Source: Hydrolagus affinis
Taxonomy: Eukaryota
Assembly: GCA_012026655.1 (NCBI GenBank)
Contig: JAAILG010001239.1
Coordinates: 1-64,000 of the forward strand
Length of the DNA: 64,000 bases
Direction of reading: 5' to 3'
The translations under genes were made by a program, and so were the position numbers. Positions 10,129 through 22,615 of this stretch are shown here, in pieces. Below the pieces are notes generated by a model. That model was not told the origin of the DNA and ran no database searches. It saw nothing but the letters and a program-made list of their open reading frames with translations. Each line of letters begins with the position of its first letter. Position 1 is the stretch's first letter.

Positions 10129-11805
10129 CTGAGTGGAAATGATCCCAATTGTATGTTAAATATGTTTTCAGCACATGTAACCAATACATTCAGCTCTGCA
10201 TCTGAGCTCTCCTGCTTGTTCAGCGCCTATGAAAGGAGCTATACAAATCTAATTTGCTGCTGTTATTGTTCTTCTTCTTCTGGTATTGTGAACATTCACG
10301 AGTTTCCCTTGTTTGAAAGCAGTCACTGAAGATCAAGATGGTTGTATCATAGATACAAACAATTCAATCTAATGACATGAAGATCACATGAGACAGATCC
10401 AGAAAGTAAACAGCCCCATGAAAAGATGAATACAGTACAGTATATCCATGGGGATTTAAATATCTAGAAACAATAGTTTGTATTCCAGCTTTGCTCTTTG
10501 TTGCAGTTTTAACAGAATCTGATAACACCAGCTTTCATTTTTATAGAATAATTACAGTACAGACGCATTGTACATTGGAGTCATTGATGTCAAATATATT
10601 TTCTGCTGCTTGGTCCCTCACTGAAGTTAACAGCTATAATCACGTTACTGTTTCTTTTATTTGCAAATGATTGTATTATTTTTCTCTTTTATACTGTTGG
10701 TAGAACTTTTCAGCACCTCCTACACCCCACTGACTCTGAGAGTAAAGACACAGACTGGCAGTTCATTAAAATCTGATTTACCTCCAGTGCATTTCCCGAA
10801 TTGCTACCTTTTTTATTTCAAATTTGAAATAAAAATAGGGGCATTTATCTTCCACCCACCCACCTAGACAAAATGACATCCTTTCCATCATGCCAATGAA
10901 TCCTGTTCTATTCGGAAATTTCCTATTTTATGTTTTGTATCTTCTGTCATTTCTGAGCACCAAGTCCTCTCCAGCTGATCACCTCTGTCAAGATCCTCTT
11001 TGTGGTTCTATTTGCTACTGTTGTGTTCATGTGCTTGTCTCTATTCTCATTTGAGCTGCACTCACACAGGCATCATCAGTAGCTTTTCTTTTGCCTATAT
11101 ATCTTAGCCACCTGACCACTACTCTTGCCTTCGGGGGAGCCGGATGGGTTTGGATGAAGGAAAATTAGTCAAATAGGAGTCTCACATACACACACCATTT
11201 TCTCTATTGGTTCACATGTCTTCCCTCGCCTCTACTTGTTTCATGTCCGAGGTCATTGTTTTATATTACTGTCGATGGTAAAGTTGATATCTTGCTATCC
11301 AATCTTCCAATGAATGTTGGCAGTTCATTTGGCTTTGTGGATCTACTTTGGAGTCAGGAGTGATAGGAGGTACAGTCATGGAACAATCAATAAATTAGGG
11401 CATTGACAGGAGGGAATGTTCAATGATGTGAGAATTAACATAATCTTGCAATGTGCACTCACATATTTCTCTAAATATATTCCGTTGAGAGGCTGGTAAG
11501 CAAGTGTACTTGGAACTGAGCTGGCTCAACTATTGAATTCTGTAATGTCTGCTATTTAGAAGTGTAATATACAGTCAATACACTTCACAGTATATTCTGT
11601 GAAATGCTTTGAGATGTCTCAAAGGTGTGATAAGGATAATAATGAAGATATCTTATTCCTTTGAGATATCAAAAGCAAGGATTATTCTTATTCTTATAAT
11701 TATTTCAGCTGGCTAAATCTATTATCTAGAACTCATGTAATGTAATGTATTGTTTGGAAGCCTTCCCATGGACATTAACACTGGATAGATTTGCTGTGGA
11801 TTTAC

Positions 11806-11904
11806 CTTATGCCAGCTTGTTTCACCAAAGCAGCGATCTTTGTGTTGTGAGAATAAGTGTTTTTGTGCATTTGTTCATAACGTTTCAGCATGTCTAGTAG
11901 GCAC
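11806..11904 (-). CDS. GCKR: GCKR exon 11 (99 nt): (R)CLLDMLKRYEQMHKNTYSHNTKIAALVKQAGI
   Basis: tacag acceptor, gtaaat donor; human CLLEILRTFERAHQVTYSQSPKIATL. Confidence 0.94.
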
Positions 11905-12673
11905 CTGTAAATTTACAAGTAACACAATTGATTTTTGTTCAGTTCCATCAGAGTTGGGCGAAAACTATGACATAAGTGTCATGTGTTAATTATAAGTGTG
12001 ATGTGTTAATTATCATTGATGGTAATTTTCACATCTTTGACGGACATAGTTATGAAGGGATAACAAGACTAGTAGATAAAGATCACTGGATAAGAAGACT
12101 AGTAGATAACAAGACTGTGGATACCCCTCCCCGATTGGGCTGGAAGCTCGCCCACGTGGCCATTGGACATTCTGCTTCTCAAATCACGATCATGGCAACG
12201 ACATTCTCATTTGTGAGAAAGTGGCTTAACTCAATTTTTGCTATTAACAAAGCATTGTTATAACATATCATCAGTAGGGTAAACTTAAACTGTCTCACAA
12301 TGTTCCAAACCAGTGGTGGCCAGTAAATGGTTATCATCCAGTTTCTGGCCAGATTCACAGTATTAACAAACATATTTTGAGTTTGTTAAAGAATCGTGGA
12401 AGTTTTCTTCCTGCTCTAGTGTAAACTGTTTTCAATCTGTTAAGAATCATTGAAATTTTCTTCCTTTCTTTCTGTAAAATGACTGATGAGGGGCATCAGT
12501 GTAATTTTGTTTTGATCTTTCCTCCCTACTAAAGGATATACAGCTGTGGAAGGGATTCCTGTGACGTCCCATTCCTTGAACAAGGTAGAGGAGTAATACA
12601 GATAGGTTGATTAGGATCTCTGTAAACAGAAAATTATATAGAATTTCATAGAAGAAGATGTGTATGAACATAC

Positions 12674-12792
12674 CTATCTGTAATGCCACTGTTGTTTGAC
12701 ACAGCTTTGTGGGCAGTCAGGAGAATGGTTTCCAGGAGAATCTTGGTGGTGCTTCCACCTTTCATTCGTGATGATCCAGCGATGCCTTCAGG
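12674..12792 (-). CDS. GCKR: GCKR exon 10 (119 nt): PEGIAGSSRMKGGSTTKILLETILLTAHKAVSNNSGITD
   Basis: tttcag acceptor, gtatgt donor; GSSRMKGG GKRP signature. Confidence 0.97.
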
Positions 12793-12994
12793 CTGAAAGA
12801 TTATAACTCAATATATGTTACACAATAATTTCACTGACACGGGAACTTCTCAAAATTTTTGCAATCCTGAAGCCTTATCCGTGCAATTATGCTTTGGTTC
12901 AAAAAGAATCAAGTATATTGCAGTTCTGGACAAACCTCAATTCATTTTTTGTGATTCTGCAGAGGAATGAGGGTATCACATTCACTCAGAGAAT

Positions 12995-13410
12995 ACAGTT
13001 CAAGATTCTGGTCCTCACCTTCAAAGCTCTCCATAGCTTTCCGCCTCCCTACCTCTGTGACCTACTATAACCCCCTACCATCCTATTCGCTCCATCCACT
13101 CAGCTGGCTCTGGCCTGCTTCATGTCCGCCACCCTGTCTGCCCTGCCTTCAGCCTCTGTGCTCCCACCCTTGGGAATTCCATCCTACAGTACCTCTGCCT
13201 CGATCCCTCCTTTGCTTCCTTCAAGACCCTTGTGAAGACCCTACTCTTTGACAGTGTCGCCATTCATCCTCCTACCATTACCCTCCCTGCCCTCCACTCT
13301 TCTTGATCCTAACCACCAGCTCGGGTGCGGATCGCTGACTGTCCAGCGCCTTGGGACATCCTCCTCATGTGAAAGGTGCTATATAAATGTAATGGGATGT
13401 TGTTTTTGTT
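12995..13410 (+). mobile_element. L2 LINE 3' fragment
   Basis: Encodes FKILVLTFKALH; ends CAGCGCCTTGGGACATCCTCCTCATGTGAAAGGTGCT plus a (TTG)-like tail. Confidence 0.85.
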
Positions 13411-13428
13411 GATCGAATAAACACTCAC

Positions 13429-13534
13429 ACCAATAGCAGGGTTGATGATGTATCCTTTGTGCAAATCATGCAGTTTCTGAATTCTTTCTGCCACTTGTTG
13501 GAATGTAGAGTGCCACCCTTCTATATTGTCGGAC
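13429..13534 (-). CDS. GCKR: GCKR exon 9 (106 nt): (R)SDNIEGWHSTFQQVAERIQKLHDLHKGYIINPAIG
   Basis: gaag acceptor, gtgagt donor; human NDPIEDWSSTFRQVAERMQK..LNPAIG. Confidence 0.94.
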
Positions 13535-14231
13535 CTTCAATGCAGGGTTTGACAATACAATGATTACTGAATACTCCATACTGAATCTTCCAAACATTTC
13601 AGCTTATCTCCATGCTTAAAGGCCATTTGAATGCCTGTTGCTCAAACATGAAGTAGGTAACTGTGCGTTGATGGTTCTTGTGACACAAATCAAACCAATT
13701 TACATTACCCTGGTGAAATTAGACAGCGCTATATTCACACAAATAAACCAAATTATATTTTTTTAAGACAGAAACCACTTCAGTCTTATTCATCTACTCG
13801 TGAGCTGTTGAGACTTTCCATCTCACAGAGGCTTGCACTATGGGCTTATGACTTGATGTTGGGCTTGAACCACAACCTTCTGAGGCAGAGGGAGAATGAA
13901 ACAAACCGTAAAAAGCGTAAAAGTTGTTTTTAAGCGGAACCTGCTCTGATGTCAATTATTCCTGGATGGAACAGCCCACACTTTATTATTATTATTCTAG
14001 AATGGAGCAGAGAAAACACTGTAGAAGAGGAAAGGGTAAGTCATCAAATCTCTGAAGAATATGGTGGCTGTTGATACTAACGTTGCAAAATTCTGGAAAT
14101 GAATCTCTGTACTGAAACAAGAAGAAATGGCTTATAATTTTATAACTCAGCAAATGAAATGCCTTCTTCATCCAAACCAATCTTGTAAACTTGTGAGCTT
14201 GTAAGATTTCGGCTAAGGTGATAATCCTTAC

Positions 14232-14326
14232 CTCGCCATGTCAACTGGGTTGAAGCCAACCAGGACAGGAATGAACTTGTCCAAATTGTTGATGCAGAGA
14301 TCAAGCTGGCCAGCAACGAATGGAGC
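14232..14326 (-). CDS. GCKR: GCKR exon 8 (95 nt): APFVAGQLDLCINNLDKFIPVLVGFNPVDMA
   Basis: tttag acceptor, gtaagg donor; human APFVAGQMD..PVLVGFNPVSMAR. Confidence 0.97.
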
Positions 14327-14583
14327 CTAAAGGAGAAAAAAGCTTTCTGTGTAATTTTAAACCAAATATAATAACATTTCTTTATTATTTAAACCAAAAG
14401 CCAAAACAGTAGTTAAGCTGCTTGTATAACATGAGTTGAATATTGTGATGATCTTATCCTTCTGGAATGGGGCAGCAATAATTTAGCCGTTAAATTGCAA
14501 ATGGAATGATTATTTTTATAATTATTTGAAGTATTATATATTTCAATTTATAGAAAGAGTGGCTGTAGGAAACACTCATAAGT

Positions 14584-15730
14584 GGAGTCCTGTAGCTCAG
14601 TGGTTGAGCCCTCGCCTTTGCAAGTGAGAGACCTACATTCAATTCCCGGCAAGGCAAAACCGTGAGCAAGTTTCCTTACTCCACACGCCTGATAACAATC
14701 TATCAAGTAAACAACAACAACAAAATTACACTTGTACAGTGGCTTTCATGTCGGGAGGACGTCCCAGGTGCTGGATAATCAGTGTTTCAGAGCTGGGGTT
14801 GGGATCGGGGAGGGTGGAGGAAAAGGGGGGGATTTGGAGATTTGAGGTGGGACTTGAAGGAAGCTTGGGAGGGGACGAGGTGGAGAGACTGTGGGATGGA
14901 ATTCCAGAGGTTAGGGCTAGAGTGGCTGAAGGATCACCCACCGATGGTGGGGCCGGTCGGGGAGCAGACCAGGTCCTGCTCAGTGGAAGGGGCGGACAGG
15001 TTGGTAGGGGGTCAGGAGGACACAGAGGTAGGGTGGGGCGAGGCCATGGAGGGCATTGAAGGTGAGGACCAGAATCTTGAATTGAACCCTCTGGGTGATG
15101 GGAATCCAATGGAGTCGGGCGAGAATGGGGGAGATGAGGTTTCAGAGCTTGGAGTGGTAGAGGATATGGGCCGCAGAGTTCTGTATTATCTGCAGCCTGT
15201 GGAGGGAGGAATTTGGAAGACCGACAAGCAGGGCATTGGCTTAGTCGGGCCTAGATGTGATGAAAGCATAAATGAGGATTTCAGCGGTTTGAGGGGTGAG
15301 GTGAGGGAAGGCAAAGCAGGTCATGGCTTGGATATGGGGGAGGAAAGACAATTGAGGATCATACAAGACACCTAGGTTCCTGACTGGCTTGGTGAGGTGG
15401 AGAGTGCAACCATGGAGGTTGATGCTGCTAGTGCCTGATGTGTGAAGGCGCTGGTGTAAGCCAATCTGGAAGATCTCAATCTTGTTGACATTCAACTGTA
15501 GAAAGTTAGCTCTCATCCAGGACTTGATGTCTGACACAAGAATGCCAGGAAATGAAATAAATAAAGTAACAATTTGGTAATTCAATCTACAAATGCTTAT
15601 AGGACACTGCTGTGTGCGATTAGCACACAGCAAACATACAGTCAATTCACTTTACACTGTATTCTATGAAGTGCTTTGAGACATCTAGAAGATGTGAACA
15701 GTACTATATAAAATGCATGGATTATTATTA
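14584..15730 (+). mobile_element. tRNA-derived SINE (head 14584-14700, tail 15571-15730) split by an antisense L2 fragment (about 14712-15545)
   Basis: The two halves join into the consensus seen intact at 51087-51404. The L2 gives ORF 15241..15645 (DIKSWMRANFLQLN, PVRNLGV). Confidence 0.8.
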
Positions 15731-15769
15731 TAATAAATTGAAATGATAAATGAATGTCATTATACTTAC

Positions 15770-15823
15770 TGATAACCCACATGAAATCCCAATGAACAAT
15801 ACTTTTTTTTTCCCTTGTGAAAC
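15770..15823 (-). CDS. GCKR: GCKR exon 7 (54 nt): VSQGKKKVLFIGISCGLS
   Basis: tatag acceptor, gtaagt donor; human VAAGKKRVIVIGISVGLS. Confidence 0.96.
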
Positions 15824-16288
15824 CTATAAAATAAATAAAACATTTTCTCCACTTTGTTAAACCACTGCTGCCATGCGACTGATCTTAAAAATATTTATGT
15901 TGATGAAAATCCAACATAAGGGCTTGGCTTTTAAAAGCAGCTTCACTTTGGACCTATATATTAAAAAATCCACTGGGAAAGTCCAGACTTCCATTTAAAA
16001 ATATGCCATTACGGAAAAGGCAATTTCTGACTAAATTATGCATTGCAAATTATCTTTGAGAATTGAAAATGTTTTGTATGTCAACACTCTCTGTTATATA
16101 CATTGATAGCCTTTGAAAGAACGCTACCTCCCTCTGTGCTCAGAATGCATTCTCACTCCTCTTGTGAACTTGATTGTTTCAATGGTGGCACAATCGGTCA
16201 GTGAAGATGGTGGCAATAGTTTCATGCATTTCATGCCGAGTTATGTTTCTCATCAGGAAGTTCACAGGATACCTGCCATCCCCCAAGT

Positions 16289-16590
16289 CAGGTAAGTGTG
16301 ATGTCTAATTGACTTTGAACTGCTGAGTGTCAGAGTCTCGATGGTCCAGTTCCTGAGTCAGGTGGTCTCACAGTATTCCAGGTCACTGCTTATTACAGCT
16401 GATCACTCATCGGTTAGACTTGGAAGGGCAGAACAATCACTGGAGGCAGGGATTCCTTCTTCTCAGCTCATGTTAACCCTGCAGCCCAAAGCCCTAACAA
16501 GAATGGTCTTAGCTGAAGAAGCAGAGGGAAAGATCACTAGGCAATTGCTTTCAGTGGCAAGCTATGTAGCCTTAGCTGGTTGGATTTTAC
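16289..16590 (+). mobile_element. Old interspersed repeat, LF-SINE-like, copy 1 of 4
   Basis: Shares GGTAAGTG, GTCCAGTTCCT, CAGTATTCCA-GTCACTGCT, GTTAACCCT-CA-CCAAAGCC and TTTCAGTG-CAAGCT..TTAGCTGGTT blocks with the 37.2-37.6 kb copy. Confidence 0.6.
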
Positions 16591-16995
16591 TCTGGGGTTC
16601 TTGGCTGGCCTTGACTCTTGCTAACCTGTGCCAATTACTCTCTGGAATTAAGTAAGCAGGATGTGTCCCTATAGAGTGATAGTACACATTCTATTCAATA
16701 AATATCTTGAGAATTTCCATGTGTAGAAGGAATGTTGGGAACTCTCAGTTTGGTTTGAATTGGTGATGTGATGGCAATGGGTTTCCACGTGTGTATGTAT
16801 ACCCTTATAACAGTTATCACTGAGGCATCTTTAGGTGAAGTCATATTTTGTTTGAGCTTCTGCAACTTTCTACTGTAATTCTATTTAATTAGTTTTATGC
16901 CCTTCTGAATCAAAATGCGATAGTTATACATAGTTTTAATTATCACAACACACACTGCATTTTTCACCTTAATAATGTGTTGATACAACACCCAC

Positions 16996-17062
16996 CTTTT
17001 CCAACATTTCTATTCCTATCTCTGGATTGTCCTCTGGCAGTTCTTGAGAAGTCATGAGCGCC
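16996..17062 (-). CDS. GCKR: GCKR exon 6 (67 nt): (K)ALMTSQELPEDNPEIGIEMLEK
   Basis: cacag acceptor, gtgggt donor; contains E153; separated from exon 5 by an 87-nt intron. Confidence 0.94.
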
Positions 17063-17149
17063 CTGTGGAGTAACCGATAAGAGAATACGATTTAGTTTAA
17101 GAATAACTTTTGAAAAATACAAATGCCAGATTTCATAGTCCATACTTAC

Positions 17150-17223
17150 TTGTCTCCGCCTGCAATGATATAGCAGTAGGTTGGTTTTTTGCACTGTTCT
17201 TTCAGCAATTTGTTGAAGGAAGA
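17150..17223 (-). CDS. GCKR: GCKR exon 5 (74 nt): SSFNKLLKEQCKKPTYCYIIAGGD
   Basis: tccag acceptor, gtaagt donor; IAGGD motif. Confidence 0.96.
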
Positions 17224-17424
17224 CTGGAGTCAATATAAAAAAAATGGATTTTGATCACTTCCAAATAATTCTACCATTCAATTTCCACCTTGCCAGGTAT
17301 GTTTAGTATGAAGTAATCATAATAATACTAACAACACCCTTCATGTTTGAATGTTGGAAAGTGCTTCACAGGATTTTGTGTATTTTGTGGACAAAAGATG
17401 TGCAAAAGTGACCACTTTTGTCCA

Positions 17425-18290
17425 TTATAGAATCATAGAATTATATATCACAGAAGGAGGCCATTTGGCTGATTGTGTCTGTACTGTGTCTTTGAAAAGA
17501 GCTATCCAAATCAATCCCACTTCCTTGCTCTCTCCCTGGAGCCTTGCAAACCTGTCCTCCACAAATAAGTATCTTCGACTTGCTTCATAAAAACATTTCT
17601 CCTCACCTCCTCTCTGATTCTTTCAAGAACTTTTTAAATTGGTGTCCTCGGGTTACCGACCCACTCGTCAGTGGAAATAGTTTCTCCTCGTTCACGCTAT
17701 TGAATTCTCTCATAATTTTGAAAACTCCTATTCAGTCTCCTCTTAACTTTCTCTGCTCCAAGGAAAATAATCATAGCTTCTCTAGCCTCTTCTGATAACT
17801 GAAGTCCCTCATTCCTGCTACCATCCTGGTAAATCTCATTTGCACCCTCTCCAATGCCTTGACATCCTTCCTAAAGTGTGTTGCCCAGAACTGAACATCG
17901 TACTCTAGCCGAGGCCTAACCAGTGTTTTATAAAGGTTTATCATAACTTTCTGGCGTTTGTATTTTATGCGACATTTATAAAGCTTAGTATCCTATGTGC
18001 TTTTTTTAAGCAGCTTTATCTACCTTTTCTGCCAGCTTAAAGATTTACTTATATGAATCCCCAGATCTCTCTGTTCCTGCACCCCCTTTAACATTCTACA
18101 ATCTAGCTTATGCTGCATCTCCTTATTCTTCCTCCCAAAGTGCCACTTCACATGTATCCACATTAAACTTCATCTGCCGTGTTTCTGCCCATTTTACCAG
18201 TCTATCTATGTCCTGTTGCAGTCTACTACTATCCTTCCCACAGTTTGCTACTTTTCCTAGCTTCGTATCATCTGCAAACTTGGAAATTGG
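17425..18290 (-). mobile_element. CR1 LINE 3' fragment including the RT motif
   Basis: Minus strand reads ISKFADDTK near 18260-18288; ATCATAGA tail at the left end. Confidence 0.88.
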
Positions 18291-18599
18291 ACTTAACTAT
18301 CATCAACTGTGAGGACACAATTAGTCTTCTAATTGAAGACTTATTCAACAGTGTAAATGGAGATGCAATCTATATAGACTGTACTGTGACTGTAGTTGCA
18401 GGCTCTAAGGGCAGCCCCATAGTTCTCTATGTTGTTCTCTCTGGTCTTTCTGAGGGAATATCAGCTCTGATTCTTCCTGTGATAACTTTACAATTTAGCT
18501 AAAACCTCTGAGTTCAATTTCCTGTCTGGAAATTGAAAACTGCCCAGTTTTTGAATTGCTCTGCCCAGGAATTGAACTCAGATTTGGGAAACCTAGATT

Positions 18600-18845
18600 T
18601 GATCTCTGGGTGGGTTCGAAGCCTTAGTCAAACGGTCTAATTTGTCCTTATTCCACACGCCTGATAATAATCCCCACCCCAAAATTGAATAAACTGGTCA
18701 CTTCAATCCATGACTTTTTGTGCTCAATTGGTTGTCGTGTTTCGCCCATAAATATACAGTCAATTCACTTGACAGTATATTCTGTAAAGTGCTTTGAGAT
18801 GTCCAGAATACGTGATAAGGTACTATATCAAATGCAAGGATTATT
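18600..18845 (+). mobile_element. tRNA-derived SINE, degenerate head
   Basis: CCTTATTCCACACGCCTGATAATAATCCC...tail ATCAAATGCAAGGATTATT. Confidence 0.75.
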
Positions 18846-19099
18846 TCTCAAATCGCTTCACAGAATATATTGTAAAGTAAATTGACTGTGCATTTTGTGC
18901 TAGTGAGGGTGAGGAACTTGAAATCAATCCATTGGGAAAATGGAAACTAAAAGGAAAACAACAATTGATGCTTTGTCTCATACAATGCCAGTTACTAAAT
19001 AGCCCAATAGAGGGCAGCCATGTATGGAAGTATGTAGAGGTACATATGGACATATGCAAACAGAGTTAACAAGTGAGATTAGTGGTGATAAATACATAC

Positions 19100-19168
19100 G
19101 GCAAGTAGAAATGCTAGTCTTCCTGAAGTTCCACATCCACTTAGCACAATGAGCTTGTCGTCAGGTTC
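19100..19168 (-). CDS. GCKR: GCKR exon 4 (69 nt): EPDDKLIVLSGCGTSGRLAFLLA
   Basis: tttcag acceptor, gtatgt donor; SIS phosphate-binding GxGTSGR loop. Confidence 0.97.
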
Positions 19169-19594
19169 CTGAAAACATTCAGAATTAATTTAGGATTACA
19201 AATGCATTAATCTCTTTATGCTGTCAAACTTCTCAAATCAAAAAACTCTCTACATCTTCACGCCACAGTACTGTACATGAATAAAATAATTAGAGCTGTT
19301 AAGAATGGCATCAGTCATAATTAGATTAATACTTTGAGAGGCTAATTTTCAAGACCATAATAACTGCTGTTTATTTTAAGTGCTGAACTCTGCACTTCCA
19401 ACAGATGGACCCATCGCACAATAGGTAGGGTGTCTGAGCTTTGGGCAGGAGGAAGGTGCCAATCCTCTTATGCATTTCATTATGAGCAGTGCTGCTTATA
19501 AGAAAGCTCACACAGAGTTCCTAATACATGGCATCCATTTAGTGAGAGCTTAAAACTGTCTGAGGCACAACTACTGTGGTGTTTATGCTGCTTG

Positions 19595-19810
19595 GGGCAA
19601 TGGTAAGTGGTGTCTCTTTGGACCTGAGCTGGCTCCAAGGTGACATGCCTAGGAATGGACTATCAAAATCAAGTCAATCATTTGTCCAGTTCCTGAGCCA
19701 AGCATGTATGTATGTAATATGCCACAGCAGCAATTGTCTGGAGGAACTGGAGTTACCAGTCCTGACTGGTCAGTGGAAATAGGTATTCTTCTTTCTTGGC
19801 TATTGTTTTC
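19595..19810 (+). mobile_element. Old LF-SINE-like repeat, copy 2
   Basis: GGTAAGTGG..TTTGGACCTGAGCTGGC..TATCAAAATCAAGTCAA..GTCCAGTTCCT matches the reverse complement of 37545-37635. Confidence 0.55.
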
Positions 19811-20529
19811 CCCATTGATTTGCATCTACACTCTGCACATACTGAATTATCATTGTGTGGTGCTATGTGGGGTCATATCCAACTGTCTCACACAGTCACT
19901 TTTGGAGTGGCATTGGGAACAGCGTGGTTGGCCATTCTTCTAGTCATGGGTTGATCTGGTGTAGCATTGGATTACAGGGTTTCCAGGGCCAAGGGGGAGA
20001 ATTCCATTGATCATCCAGTGAGAAAAAGAGATTGGAAGATTTCTTTCCAATCTGCGACTCATGGCCCTGCCAGCCAATGCCTTAATGATACTACGGTCCC
20101 ATCTTAGCAAGTGATAAGAACCTCACCAGAGCTCAGTACAGATAAACTGATAAAGTGTTTTTAGTGAGTTTAATTCCAGATCCCAACAGGCATTCTTGGG
20201 TCACTAGTGGTTTGCTTTATATCAATCTTTTATTGCAAGCGCGGTTTGCTCAGGGGAGAGATTGTAAACTGGCAAACTGCTGTGAGTTCACGGTCACTGG
20301 AATAGAAGAATGGAAGACTCATCCTAAAATATCTCAAACTTTTGTAGAAGCTTCCTGACGTGAAAGGTGCTATACAAATGTAATTTGTGTTTGTTTTATT
20401 TGTGCGTGACACTGCACCCTGTCTGTGTGAGTGAACAGGGATCCACCTCAGGCTTCCTCCAGGCTCTGTCAACGCTCCCTTTCACAAGCTACTAGGAGAT
20501 ACAAAATAATCTGACTAGTCCTCCATTAT

Positions 20530-21560
20530 TTACTGTCTACTTTGATGTTGAGTAGCATCAAATCTCCAATGATGCCTACTCCCTCCACCATTGTCTGGAA
20601 TTTCTCCTCAGCTTTATCCTCAGTCTTCTCTTCAAACTGTATATACTGCCTCTTGATGATATCATACACACACATGGGAACAACTCCCACATGTACACAA
20701 ATGACACCAACTCTATCTCTCTGCACCCATCCTTGACCCCAGGACGATTGACATCCTGACAGACTGCCTGTTAGACAAGTTGTGGATGAGAGCCAACATT
20801 CTATAGTTGAATATCAGCAAGACCAAGGTCCTCCTGATTGGCTCATGCCAGTACCTCTGCATCTCAGGCATTGGCAGCATCAGCATCCAAGCATGGACCC
20901 TTGACCTTACCAAGCTAGTCAGGAACCTAGGCATCTTGATCAAACCGCAACTGTCCTTTCTCCCCCATATCAATGCCATGACCCACTCTGCCTTCCCACA
21001 CATCTGAACATTGCCTGACTCTGCCACTGCCTCACTTCTCAGGCCGCTGAAACCTTCATACAGGTCTTCATTACAACCAGGCTCAACTTTACCAATGCTT
21101 ATCAGCTTTCCTAACAATTCCCTCCACAAGCTGCAGATCAACCAGAACTCTTGAATATTTTCCCACACCAGACTCCATGACCCCATCACCCCCACCCATG
21201 ACTGTTCAATATTGTCTTCCTTATCTTCAAGGCCCTCCATATTTTTATCCCTCCTCCCTCTCCAACTTGCTAACCCCTTATCAATCTGTCCGTTCCCTCC
21301 GCACAGCCAGCTCCGGCCTGCTCCATGTCCCCGCCTGGCCCGCCCACCGTCGGTGTTGGGCTTCCAGCCTCTCTGCTTCCAGCATCTCTATCCCACATTC
21401 TGTCACCTCCCTCTCTCCCTCATCTGCTTCAAGGCACAACTCAAAACCCTCCTCTCCACTCTCCCTGATCCTAATACTCTCTGCTCGGGTTCTAATCGCT
21501 GACTATTCCTTGGGACATTATTCCGACATGAAAGGCACTTTACAAATGTAATTTTGTATA
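20530..21560 (+). mobile_element. Degenerate L2 LINE (RT C-terminal half to tail)
   Basis: Decayed YADD region (HMYTNDT), LNISKTKVLLIG, LVRNLGI and an L2 tail at about 21500-21555. Confidence 0.85.
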
Positions 21561-21658
21561 GTATCTATCATATTTCATAGTGTGGGTGCATGTTTTAGAC
21601 CAGAATAGTGCAATAAATTGCAATGGTCAGACGAATATCATTTAGATATGGACTGTAC

Positions 21659-21727
21659 CTTCAAGAGTTCTTCTGCTTCTTTGGCAATGTCTGCCATTGC
21701 TTTTAAAATAGATTTACTATACAGTGT
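21659..21727 (-). CDS. GCKR: GCKR exon 3 (69 nt): TLYSKSILKAMADIAKEAEELLK
   Basis: ttcacag acceptor, gtacag donor; human RLYSESILTTMVQVAGKVQEVLK. Confidence 0.93.
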
Positions 21728-21829
21728 CTGTGAACAAAAAAAAGACATAGTGATCAGTTGCCACTTGCAATAAAATGTTTTAAAGGAAAAGCAATTGTTA
21801 AAAGTGCAAGTTGGATATGCTCTGTTTTT

Positions 21830-21844
21830 GTTACCCATAGCAAC
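21830..21844. promoter_or_regulatory. RFX X-box motif in GCKR intron 2
   Basis: GTTACCCATAGCAAC fits GTNRCC-N(0-3)-RGYAAC. Motif match only. Confidence 0.3.
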
Positions 21845-21984
21845 ACTATCGTCAGACTTCAGGTCATAAATATTTAAAGGTTCCACAAACTTATAAACCA
21901 ACCTTTGGCAGGAAAACATATTCTGGACACCTCCCTGTGCTTTGACAATGTACAATGTGTGTGAAGTTGGCTGAATTGATATTA

Positions 21985-22170
21985 CAGTTGTCTCTGAGTT
22001 GGGGTTCAAGCCCTATTGCAGAACTTTGAACTCATGTAGTCAAAGCGAATACTTCATGTGCTGCATTGTTGAAGGTGCTGTGCTTCAGGTGAGATGTTAA
22101 ACCAAATACCCGTCTGCCTGGTCAGGTGGAAGTTAAATATCCCAAAGCATTATTTGAAAAGAGAACATAT
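21985..22170 (+). mobile_element. Deu-domain SINE fragment
   Basis: GGTGCTGTGCTTCAGGTGAGATGTTAAACCAAATACCCGTCTGCCTGGTCAGGTGGAAGTTAAATATCCC. Confidence 0.65.
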
Positions 22171-22244
22171 ATTTTTCTTATAGTGAGTGCAGAGTCCAGA
22201 ATTACACACAATGCTCCAAATACAGTCCAACCAAGCTTTGTATA

Positions 22245-22538
22245 TAATAATACTAATCCTTGCATTTGATATAGTGCTTTTCACATCTTCTAGACGTCTC
22301 AAAGAGCTTCACAGAATATACTCTAAAGTGAATTGACTGTATATTTTGTGGGCGAAACCTGGCAGCCAATTGAGCACAGCAGTGACTCACAAACAGTTGT
22401 GGATTTAATTTTTTTTTTAGGGATTATTATCAGGCATGTAGAGCAAGGAAACTTGCCCAAGGTTTTGCCCTGCCTGGAATTGAACCCAGATCTCTCGCTT
22501 GTAAGCCGAGTGCTCTAACCACTGAGTTACAGGACTCC
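22245..22538 (-). mobile_element. Full-length tRNA-derived SINE
   Basis: A/B-box head GGAGTCCTGTAACTCAGTGGTTAGAGC..GGGTTCAATTCC, then CCTTGGGCAAGTTTCCTT, then an (ATT)n tail. Confidence 0.88.
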
Positions 22539-22615
22539 ACATTCGCTCCTTCCCTCCCTCCCATCTCAATTTATTTTCAATTGAACCCAGCAAAAGAGAT
22601 AAGGAATGCACTTAC

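Noticed and set aside
12130-12170. ChoRE or ERSE element around CACGTG and ATTGG in intron 10
   Set aside because: Spacing fits neither E-box-N5-E-box nor CCAAT-N9-CCACG.
14726-15645. Long ORFs of 106-197 aa as host genes (also 20713-21551, 25533-26157, 42565-43056, 52746-53353, 56306-56930, 58696-59124)
   Set aside because: They are sense, antisense or shifted frames of L2 fragments.
18179-18502. 107-aa plus-strand ORF in a GCKR intron
   Set aside because: Starts in antisense CR1 sequence; no motif or splice support.
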